Shown: in pieces, positions 28,351-38,574 of the stretch | Layout of the letters: each line of letters starts with the position of its first letter | How positions within the stretch are numbered: the stretch's first letter is position 1 | Assembly: GCA_943704425.1 (NCBI GenBank) | Contig: CALSCP010000692.1 | Span: 10,589 to 74,588, forward strand | DNA: 64,000 bases | Direction of reading: 5' to 3' | Origin: Ministeria vibrans ATCC 50519 | Lineage: Eukaryota; Protista; Filasterea | The notes under the pieces: model-generated | The model's input: the letters and a program-made list of their open reading frames with translations, nothing else | Told to the model about the DNA's origin: nothing | Database searches by the model: none | Program-made: the position numbers and the translations under genes

Positions 28351-29453
28351 TGAATCTTGCCATTGCGCTCTCTCAACGCCAGAAGCGCGTCGGTATCTTG
28401 GATGCCGATGTTTTTGGTCCATCTATACCAAAGATGATGAATCTCTCAGGGAAACCAGCCGTGACAGACCGTAAGTAGAGCGTTTGTGTTTCTGTGCGTC
28501 TGACTCAACTGTGTGTAGAAAAACGAATGGTCCCTTTGACCAACTATGGAATTCAATGCATGTCAATGGGATTTATTGTAGCCGAAGATGATCCCATTGT
28601 GTGGCGCGGGCTAATGGTACACCAGCATCAAAACGATCCATTCATTCATAGTCACTTTCTATGTTCTGTGTGGATCTGTCTGTTCGTATGTGTGTTTGTT
28701 GTTGTTGTCGCAATACACAAAGGTGATGAAGGCCATCGAGCAGCTTGTGCGGCAGACGGCATGGGATGATCTGGATCTGCTTGTCATTGATATGCCTCCC
28801 GGTACGCAATTGAACAGGACACAAAGGAAGATCATCTCATGTTGTCGATCGTAGGCACGGGCGACACTCAATTGACCATCGCCCAACAAATTCCCATTGA
28901 TGGTCAGTATATTGTTTTTGTTTCTAATTCTCTTTGCGTTTTTGACAATGTGTTATATAAAGGAGCACTCATTGTGAGCACTCCACAGGAAATTGCATTG
29001 AGTGATGTCACGCGAGGCATTGAAATGTTTCGGAAAATGGATATTAATGTACGAAGCAAAACCAATCCATTGAATAGTCTAACCCGTTTTTTTTCTCTTT
29101 GACGTGTAGCTTTTGGGAATTGTACAAAACATGAGTTTGTTTGTGTGTCCAAAGTGTGGCACAAAAAGTCACATTTTTGGGGAAAACGGATGTGAGTGGG
29201 TTGCGAAGAAATTCAATGTGAAACTGATTGGTATTTACATAAAGAGAGTGACGAAAACGGAAAGTAAAGCTTCTTTATTGGTCTGTTTGTTTTAGGGGAC
29301 ATTCCGTTGAAAATTGGTATTCGGGAGTGTGCTGATGCAGGAACACCCGTTGTGGTGGCGGGCAATGCTGCGGAATACGCTCAGTTGGCTGAGAGTGTTT
29401 TGGCTGAGATGCCCAAATGGACTGATCCGTTTGCACCCACGAGTGCCCTGTAG
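28351..29453 (+). CDS. NUBPL: NUBPL/Ind1 Mrp/NBP35-family Fe-S P-loop NTPase, 5'-truncated in this sequence
   Basis: NLAIAL...[66 protein letters not shown]. No Walker A (GKGGVGKST) exon found upstream. Confidence 0.9.
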
Positions 29454-29727
29454 GACTGTGATTTTGATATGGTCTTATTTAGTGCGATTGCTGGATGCGG
29501 TGGCAGTGTGAAACAAAAAAAGAGAAACAATGAATTGACTTAATGTAATATAATGGATTTGGAATCCGTACTCAAACGATGACTGTACCGATTAAAATTT
29601 GTAATAGATTTGGACTCTTGCGTGCTCTTCTTCAGTATGTACACTGGAGAGTGTGCAGGGTGAAACAAAGGAAGAGAGAGACATTAATGTGGCTGTGGTT
29701 TGTACATTGAATGATACACATTGTGTC

Positions 29728-29926
29728 TCAAAGGTCCTCCTCAGGAGCGCGTTTTCTCTTCTTGCGCTTCTCGGCGCGCTCCACCTCTTCTTCGTCGATG
29801 AATTTGCTCAGATGTTCTTTGAGGGAAGGGTTCTTGCGGGCATTGAGCAGAATATCCTCTGACTGGATCGTCATTCTCTTTGCGTGTCTACACATAAACA
29901 CACACACACAGTCATGTCAACCAGAA

Positions 29927-29973
<47 letters not shown>

Positions 29974-30372
29974 GACTCATTCAGAGCACTGCATTGGGCA
30001 ATAGAATACACCCCCGTCCCATACAACCCCACCCCACTCGTGTGCTCAGTAGAGAGCGAGCGAGAGAGAGCGAAAGAGTGTCTAATCTTCCGTCGACCAT
30101 TTTTGACGGTTCTCTTTTTTACTCTCTCTCTCTCTCTCTTTTTTTATTTCTCTTTCTCTCTGTTGTCACCTTGCAAACGCCGCGCTGTCCTTAGCAAGGC
30201 GCTCCATCTTCCTATTGGACACTTCTGCAATGGCTGCGACGGCCGCATCGCTGAAATCCACATCCAGACTCAGCGCAAGCGCACGACACAGCTCGCCCGA
30301 CGCAAAGTGGATGGCCGCACGCACCCGCTCGCGGTCCCCCATATCCCGCATCCGCTCGTCGTCGTCTGACAT
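29728..30372 (-). CDS. CENPS: CENP-S / MHF1 histone-fold protein
   Basis: RERVRAAIHFASGELC...FSDAAVAAIAE...LAKDSAAFAR|HAKRMTIQSEDILLNARKNPSL. Confidence 0.92.
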
Positions 30373-30458
30373 GTCCGCGAGTCGGTAATGCAATTTATTC
30401 AAGAAATGAGTGAATTGTGAAAAATTGAAAAACAAACATTCAATGTTTTGTTTATTGA

Positions 30459-30929
30459 TTATTCGGCCTTGGACATTTTGGGGGCAGTCTGTCCCTCACC
30501 CGAGTCCTCAGCCTTGCGCTTACGACCGCCACCGCCACCACCGCCACCGCGTCCACGGCCACCACCACCACGTCCACGACCGCCACGGCCGCCACCACGT
30601 CCGCCGCGTCCCCGGCCACCACCACGGTGTCCTCCACGGGGTCCCGAGTCCGCCTTGCGCTTGCGTGACTCAGCCACCTTGCGCCAGTACTCGCGCTCCT
30701 CATCGCCCGTCACCACCGTCAACGTCGCCTCTTCTCCACGCACGCGACACTCCTTCCCATCACTCGTCAACTCACGCACTGCCTTGGCCGCCACACTCTC
30801 TTCCTCGGCCTCACTCCCTTCCACCTGCCTGAATCGCACATGGCCTTCCGTCTCTCCCCGGTTGAAATCAATCCATCCAATCGTTCCGAACCGCCCGAAA
30901 ATTTCCTACACAGCCACACCAAAACCATC

Positions 30930-30967
<38 letters not shown>

Positions 30968-32326
30968 ATGAACTAAAGTTACCTTGATGTCTTCACGCGA
31001 GCACTGATCGCCCACTCCAGAAAACTTCACAACACAACCCGGCTCAATGGCAACCTCAGGCTCAGTCGCCTCCCCATCATCATCAGCAGCAGCAGCAGTG
31101 TCGTCCGCGGGACCCGCGTCATCGCTCGCGTCCTTTGCCTCAGTACTCTCTGTGCTCTCTGTCGTGCTGGTCGTGGCTGTGGTGGTGCTTGTGGCGCTGG
31201 CGGGTTCTTTGACTGCCGACGCAGCTTTCGTCTCCTTCTTCTTTTTCCGCTCCTCTCGCTCGTCCTTCTTTGCCGTTACATATGCCTCCTTCATCATTGT
31301 AAGCAACGTACGTTCGCCGCACTTGAGTGGCTCTGTCGCAAGCTTCTCCGCTGCCTCGACCGTGTCCACCTCGACAAAGATGGAGCCCTTGAAGTCTTTG
31401 GTGTCAAAGCGACGTCGCATGCGGATCGCCTTGACCTTCGCCAGAGGTGCGAAAAACTCTTGAAGTGTGTCCAGGGTCGAGTCAGTCGGAAATCCCTTCT
31501 ACAGAAAGGGTAAAACTTGGTATGAGCGACAAACCCACACACCACACACTCATTATCACACACACACACAAGACTCACACTCACTCACACTCACTCACTC
31601 GCGTAAACCTCCCTTGCGCCTGTCACACAACTTACCACATAGACCGTGCGCTTGTCAAAATCGGCATCCTCAACCTGCGCGTTGGTGCGCCGCACCGCCG
31701 TATCTGTATCGTTCACCTAAAGAACCACAGCGACTGAGTGTGACTCTGTGACACTCAAAGTTCGCATCGCTCTCACCTCAATCAGTCCCGAAGTACTCGT
31801 CTTCAGCGCTGCCACGATCACAGCAGCATCATCCGACAGCTGCTTCAGACGGTTGAAACGCAGCAGAATATCGATGCCAACCCCTACAGCGATGTTTTTT
31901 CGTGTTATTGCTCATTTCACTTGCACGACAAATCGTCGACCCAGTACGCTCCACGACGCCCAACGCATCCCTTCACCACCCCCACCACCCCGAACCATCC
32001 CATATGCTCGTGTGCAGGCGAACTGGACCCGCTGTCTCGGCAAGGGGCCGACGAGATGCGTTGAAACAGCGACGACACGTGTGACGACGAAACGGGACGA
32101 GAACAATAATAAAACCCCTCCTCAGCTTACATCCGTCGGCATTCTCGGCAATGCGCTCTTTCATGTACTTGTCCTTGCGCAAGTTGGAGTCACCAAAGTA
32201 GTACTACAGCAAAAGACCACAAAAGTAAAGTTCAGCTCAAAGGCCAAACCGACTCTCGGCAACCCAACACCAATAGCATACCTCCACTTGCTGAACAATC
32301 TTCTTTGTCGTTGCTTCGTCAGCCAT
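30459..32326 (-). CDS. SSB: La autoantigen (La motif, RRM1, RRM2, RGG-rich tail)
   Basis: IVQQV|EYYFGDSNLRKDKYM, LLRFNRLK, RTVYV|KGFP, FKGSIFVE, SREDIK|EIFGRFGTIGWIDFNRG, RGG repeats and an RKRK NLS. Confidence 0.93.
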
Positions 32327-32373
32327 GTTGATGTTGAATAAAATATTCTGAAATTATTAATGATGATTGAAAT

Positions 32374-33909
32374 ATGAAAAATATTTTTACTCGATATCAT
32401 ATGAAGAGAGCCCGTTCGCCCGAGCTCACATCTGCGGTCCATAATGGCAATGACAAAATAAATGACGACGACGATCGGTTTCACGCGCCATACACACAAT
32501 TGGTGAATCGGTATTTTGACTGCGCTGAATTTGATGGAGACGGATTTGTCTCGCTGAAGGACCTCGAAGCGGCCGGCGACAACGCCCTTGTGCGCATTGT
32601 TGCTCTCTTGGTACACGTTGAGCCTCCGCGAGAAATATCGGGCGCCGCTGGCTGTATGACTGTGTGGCGTCTGGTCGACTCTTCGCGTCTTGAACCCGTT
32701 CGATTGGCGCTTTTTGGCGCTGTCTGGTCGGGTGCGGCTCGTCCCGGGCAGATTGTCACGTTGAGCAGTGCACGAGTCAACATGTTTCAAGGGAGCACAA
32801 GTTTGAAGGTGGGCGAGCGCGCGGGGCTGCAGCTGGCTGACTGCACGCTTGCGCACTCGCGCGCACAGAGCCTGCTGCGTTGGGCCCAGACGACACACGC
32901 CCACTTGTTTGACGAAAAGCACATTCAGTGGGCGGATTTGTGTCAGAAGAGCGTGGACGTGAGATTGGCGGAAGCCCAGCCGGGTCAGCTTGTGAATTGC
33001 TTGGTGCTTGTGAGCGGTGTGCTCAAAGACACGCCCAACATTAATATGCGGCTCGCTGCGCCTGGCGCCGAAAAGATCACGCGCGTCCGCTTGCTTGTGA
33101 GTGATCCATTGCACGGTGTGCCTCATCCCATTCCGTTGGTTCTATGGGGTCGTGCCCGCGACTGGCACGCCCATTTTTCCAAGGTACTCGTCGCGACAAA
33201 CAGCAGCAAAACTGTGTACTATCGATTCGTGGCGGTTCTTGTGGAAGGCGACAGCTCACAGGCTGGCGCACGTGCCCTTAGACTACACACACTCCCAACG
33301 AGTTCGTTTTGTTCCGCCAAGCCAGAAGACGTGTGCACCAGCGAGGCGCTCACGAGCGACCCTGAGCCGCTCACTTCGTTCGCCTCGCTTCACGATGACA
33401 CCGTATTCAGTGGCCAAGTGACTGTGCTCGCCAAGATTTACCGTGTTGATCGTGCCGTGTCACGTGCGAGTTTATGGCGCGAATCTTGTAGCGACATTTA
33501 CATGGGTTGTGTCGAGTGCGCGCGTCCCCTCGAGCGCGATCCCAACCGCATTGTGAAGCCCTGTCGCCACTGTGTCTCTGCCACCCTCACCGAGAGCACT
33601 TCCTTCTTTTCGCCACTCCTTCTGACACTCAACAGCACCCATGAGTCCCCCGAAAAGATCCAAGTGCGCGTTGAACCTGAATCAGTGGCTTTGGTGCTCT
33701 CACTCGAGCGAGTCACCGCTTCCCAACTGCGCTACAATCCTTCGTTACACAACACTCGCGCAACCCGACACAATCGCACAACTCTGCCGGTTCCCGACCA
33801 TTTGTTTACCACTGTTGCACTCTTCACACTTGACTGCGTGACCATTCAAGATGACAATGGCGCGATCAAAGCGCGCTCCATTGAATGCATTCACAAGCGA
33901 ACACTCTAA
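32374..33909 (+). CDS. SHLD2: Shieldin complex subunit 2 (FAM35A)-like triple OB-fold ssDNA-binding protein; intronless (alternative start 32401)
   Basis: LLRWAQTTHAHL, LAEAQPGQLVNCLVLV, LVLWGRARDW, LRLHTLPTSS, SGQVTVLAKI and YMGCVECARPLERDPNRIVKPCRHC align in order with recalled SHLD2 LLAYVSSKHSYL, LEHLQPDVLVHAVLRV, LVLWGPGAAW, LELHTTPWSS, SGVVLIKAQI and [25 protein letters not shown]. Confidence 0.8.
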   Translation: MKNIFTRYHMKRARSPELTSAVHNGNDKINDDDDRFHAPYTQLVNRYFDCAEFDGDGFVSLKDLEAAGDNALVRIVALLVHVEPPREISGAAGCMTVWRLVDSSRLEPVRLALFGAVWSGAARPGQIVTLSSARVNMFQGSTSLKVGERAGLQLADCTLAHSRAQSLLRWAQTTHAHLFDEKHIQWADLCQKSVDVRLAEAQPGQLVNCLVLVSGVLKDTPNINMRLAAPGAEKITRVRLLVSDPLHGVPHPIPLVLWGRARDWHAHFSKVLVATNSSKTVYYRFVAVLVEGDSSQAGARALRLHTLPTSSFCSAKPEDVCTSEALTSDPEPLTSFASLHDDTVFSGQVTVLAKIYRVDRAVSRASLWRESCSDIYMGCVECARPLERDPNRIVKPCRHCVSATLTESTSFFSPLLLTLNSTHESPEKIQVRVEPESVALVLSLERVTASQLRYNPSLHNTRATRHNRTTLPVPDHLFTTVALFTLDCVTIQDDNGAIKARSIECIHKRTL

Positions 33910-34006
33910 CGCACCAAATGATATGACTGTACACTGTATATTAATAATTTGTATTCGTATGATTTTAAATGTATATGAAATGACGTGTGCGTTTGCGTTG
34001 ATCATC

Positions 34007-36157
34007 TTATGTTGTAGCAAGTTCGCTCTTGTACTGCCCAAGTGCACCCTCCAACACGGACAGACGAAGCCGCTCACGCTCCTTTTCGCGCTGCAATTCC
34101 ATCTCAGCCGACTTGAGGCGCGTTTGCACTGCGCACAGTTCGCTTGTGAGCGCGCTCACTTGCGCTTGAGCGCGCGTCAAGTCTCGTTTTCCATCACTCA
34201 CATGCCCCTCCAATTCCCGCACCCGCTCCTTCTCGGTCGCTTCCGCCTGTCGCACCGCCTTCAACTGCTCCCTCAAAACCTCCACATCCCCTTGTGCGCG
34301 CACCAGCTCTCCTCTCACACCCGCACTCTCGCGTTCCAGCGCCTCACTCAGCGTCACAGTACTGCGCGTCTCCTCTCGCAACCGCTGCTCAATCTCAACC
34401 AGTTGTGCTCTCTGCTCCCGTCCTTCCTTCTGCACTCCACTTAATTCGCTGCGAAGCGCATCCCGTTCCATCTCAACCTCTGACAGTCGCTCTTTTAATT
34501 CCTACCAGAAAGAATGAGTGAGTGGAGGTATATTTTGTTTGTTTTTGTTTGTTTGTTTGTTTGTTGCGTTCGACTCACTTGAACAAAATGTTGAAATTGC
34601 GTCTTGACAAGTTGAGTACTCTCAAGGGCACGCGATTCGCACCCTCGACGCAATTCATCAAGTTCCGTCCGATGAATCTGCCTCAGGTGCTCCAGTGCGT
34701 CCTCAGCTCGTCCCAATTGCTCTTGCACAACCGCAGTGCGTTGCATCTCTTCGCGCTGGCGCCGCGCCAGCTCAGTGGTGTGTGCCTCTTGTAGCTCCTG
34801 TAGGCGTACTGCCCACTCTTTAGCGCGCTCCTCACTCAGACGTTCTGCTTCCTTCACTTTGGCCCCTTCTCGCTCTTCGACTCGTCGCACTTGCTCTGCA
34901 GTGCCCCTGAGCTCACTTTCGGCAGTCTCTGCGCGCACATCTGCATTGCGATAGTTTGCCTCCGCCTCCAACATGCGCCGTGTCAGCTGCTCCTCGCGAC
35001 CCCGCTGCTTCTCCATCAGTTGGGTGCACACTTGTCGCTCGTGTGCCACCAGCCGCTGTGCGTCCAGCACCTGTGCTTCACACGTGAGCTTCACCTGTGC
35101 AATGCGTTCGTCCATGCTGCGATGATGACGCTGAGCACTCTCCAGTGCGTCGCGTGCGCCGTCTCGCTCGCCCACTGCCGCGTCTCGCTGCTCGCGACAC
35201 TCGCCAAGCTCTCGTTCAAGTCGCTCCACACGATCCTTTAGTGTTTCGGACTGTCGCTGGCTGATGCACAGTCTCTCTTCGTAGCGTCCCTCCATTTCTT
35301 TGACGGACATTTGTTGTGTCGAGCGATCGTGCGCCAGTCGCTCATTGACACTCGCGCTTGCCTTGTGTCGCTCAAGCGCCTGTTCGATGGCCACCAGCGT
35401 GTCGGATGGAACGTTGTTTCCTTTGAGGTTGATTGATTTCAGCGGCGACGTGCAGTTGGCGCTGGAGAGCACTGCGAGCAGCTCTCGTGCGCCCACCAGA
35501 CCCAAGTTGTTCCAGGCCAGGTCCAAGGAGTGCACCGAGCGATTGCGAGCCAAACATGTTGCCAATGTAGTGTCTGCACCCAGACTGGTGTTGCACAAGT
35601 TTACACGTCGAAGAGATGATGAAAAAATGCCCTAAAATATAATTATTATTTTAATTACAATGATTGAGATTGACACAATACTAGATGATACGAATTTGTT
35701 TGTGTGTGTGTGTGTGCAAAACGAATGAATTTACATGAAAGAGAACTCTGGCTGCGTCTGGATAGAGGCCGATGGGGTTATCATCAAGAGTAAGGTGGCG
35801 TAGAACGGTGTTTCCTTCCAGGTGGCGCCCGAGAAGCGCCAGGGACGAGGTGAGTTTCAACGCCGTGAAATTCAAATTTGTAACTGTTGCGTTGCGACCG
35901 TCGAGAAACCCGATGAGGTGCGCAAAGGCCCGATCGTGCAGCGAGCAGTTGGTGATGGACAGGCGACGGATGTGGATGTCGTGTGCAAGGGCTTCGGCCA
36001 CAGCCTGCGCCTCTCTGGTGTCCAGTGACATTTTAGTCAACTCAAGCTCCGCGCGCGACTCAGATGCCGCTCGTTGCGCTGCATTTAAAACTTCGGAGTG
36101 TGGTGCTACGCTGAGATCGCGGCAAGCCTGATCGTATCTACTCAGGAACACGTCCAT
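34007..36157 (-). CDS. LRRC45: LRRC45-like protein (N-terminal RI-type LRRs plus long coiled coil; centriolar)
   Basis: MDVFLSRYDQACRDLSVAPHSEVL resembles LRRC45 [24 protein letters not shown]; LRRs LDLAWNNLG and INLKGNNV; ~400 aa coiled coil. Confidence 0.8.
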
Positions 36158-36263
36158 GACAAGTTGAAAAAAGGTTGAAAAGAGTGATAATCCGTAATCG
36201 TTTACTATCGTTAATTCGTTATCGATTATCGAAACTTATTCGTTTGCATTTTATTTTCTCACT

Positions 36264-37662
36264 ATGGCGTCAACTGCTGCGCCTTCTTCAAACGCACCTG
36301 CATGCACCTACGGTTCCAAATGCACGAGGTACATTGTTCCAGGTCCGACTTTGTGATCACTTACTCAACCCGCTTTGGTAGAAAAAACCCACAACACTTC
36401 ATCGACTTCCTGCACGTCTGTCCCTTTGGTCTGCAGTGCTACCGCAAGAACCCAGACCATTTGAAGAACTGGCAGCATCTTGCAAGGGCTCCGGCCACCG
36501 CAGCGAGCTCGATAGCGCTCACAGGTTTGAAACCAACTTTTGGGTTGTTCCAACGACTGATTATCTTTCTTTTCCTCCCGTCAGGCACAAAGAGAGCGGC
36601 CAGCGACGACGACGATGACGATGAAAATGACAAAACAGATGTAGATGACGACGATGATGATAGCGACGGCGACGGAGCTTCCGCGACGACAGCAGGGCCA
36701 CCCGCCAAGAAACGGGCTCTGACTGCCCCCGCATCATCCACACCTGTGCCTGCTGCTGCTGCTGCTGTTGTTGTTGTGTCTGCGTCTGCTGCTGCTGCTG
36801 CTGCGTCTGCTTCGTCTAGCACCACCACCACTGCCTCGACTGTGAAGAGTCTCTCTGATGTGGAAGCGTCCGCTCTGGGTGTCGTGACTGTGCCACAGTT
36901 GGAGAGGAATGCGCCTCAAGATTTGGACAAGGGCGCAACTCTCATGGTCACTGGCTCGGGCGCTGCTCCTTACGAAGTCAAGGTACGCCTATCTACGTCC
37001 ACCGCTTTACAACAAATAACTCACACGTATAGAATTCGAGCGGCGCCTACACGTGTACGTGCCAGGGATGGCGTTTTCAATCCAACGCAGGGAACCTTCG
37101 AACGTGCAAACACATCAAAGTGAGTCATACCCTCACATCTTTTATAACAATCGATACGCAGCACCCGCTATTGATGGCCTTAGCTTGTGCTGTTTTATAG
37201 CCTTGCATTATTAACAGAATGTACCTCTTTTGTGTGTTTTAGGCGCTGCGCACACCCGCACGCGAGACAGACCGCATCGGGCGGGCGACAACCAGCAGTA
37301 GTGGTGGCAGTGGAGGTGGGGGGAGTGCCCGTGCTAGCTCCGTGGTCAAAGTGGGTGTGCCTAAGCTGCTCTTGGCTCACCCGTATGACAAGGACAAGCA
37401 CGACGTCACGGACTGGTGGTGGAGCGAGAAATACGATGGTACTCCAACGCTAACCCTGATTGTTTTTTTTACCATTATTCAATTTATTTTTTCTTGTCTT
37501 TTATTTGTCTCTCTTACCACACTTTACTTTATTCTTTCTGTAGGGGTTCGTGCTTACTGGGATGGCAGATCACAGCTTGTGTCGCGTCTTGGAAATGTCT
37601 TTGATGTCCCTGACTTTTTCAAAAAGTCCTTTCCTACAATGTCAGAAATTCACAACGACGCA

Positions 37663-37740
<78 letters not shown>

Positions 37741-38394
37741 CACAATCACTGATATTCTTTTTTTTTGTATTTTGGTAGACCACTTGATGGAGAGTTGTGG
37801 AAGGCACGAGGGGCATTCCAGACAACGGTGGGAGTGGTGAAGAGTGGGGGGTTGGTGGACGAGTGGAAGCAGCTCAAGTTTTTGGTGTTTGATGCGCCTG
37901 AGGAAGCGGGGACGTTTGAGGAGCGCATGGAGCGTGTGAAGCGGGTGTGTTCGGGTAGTGGTGCGGCGCATGTGGTTGTGGTGGAGCAAACGCGCATTGC
38001 TGGTGGAAATGCAGCAGTGGATGGTGTGCTGAAGAGCGTTGAGGCGCAGGGTGGCGAAGGCATTATGCTGCGCCAGCCCAAGTCGCTCTATGAGGGCCGT
38101 CGCTCCAATACCTGTCTGAAGGTGAAGAGTTTCAAGGATGAAGAGGCTCGCGTGGTGGGTCACACCAAGGGTACGGGTCGTCTGGTGGGTCTGACAGGTG
38201 CGCTTGAAGTCGAGTTGGCCAATGGCAAGCGATGCAAGGTTGGCACGGGCTTCTCCGATCAACAGCGACGCAACCCGCCCAAGATTGGTGCCATCATCAC
38301 CCTCAAGTACTTTGAGCTGACCAACGGCGGTATCCCTCGATTTCCCGTGTTTGTTGGTGAGCGTACCGATGCCCAATGGCCCCCCAAAAAGTAA
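36264..38394 (+). CDS. ATP-dependent DNA ligase (minimal bacterial/viral-type) with two N-terminal PBZ fingers and a SWIM-type zinc finger
   Basis: PBZ1 CTYGSKCTR|KNPQHFIDFLH; PBZ2 CPFGLQCYRKNPDHLKNWQH; SWIM YTCTCQGWRFQS...RTCKH; ligase motifs I SEKYDG|VRAYWDG, III LDGELW, IIIa FLVFDAP, IV GEGIMLR, V LKVK, VI PRFPVF. Confidence 0.92.
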
Positions 38395-38574
38395 ACACAA
38401 AAATACTCAATCGTTATGAAGTTCAATTCAAAACAAACCAGTGAAACCACAAAGAGAATAAGAGATAGCAAGAGTGAAGAGAGGGAAAGAAATCAATCCA
38501 TCACATTTCACAAGGAAAGTTACTCAAGTCACTGAATAGTGAATAAGAATGACTCAACTCACAACTTTTTTGTA

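Noticed and set aside
28351-29453. NUBPL as a pseudogene or Walker-A-less variant
   Set aside because: The remaining exons are intact with good splice sites, and the loss coincides with the suspected misjoin.
33851-34444. Plus-strand Leu/His-rich ORF overlapping the LRRC45 3' exon
   Set aside because: Antisense shadow of the E/R/Q-rich coiled-coil exon.
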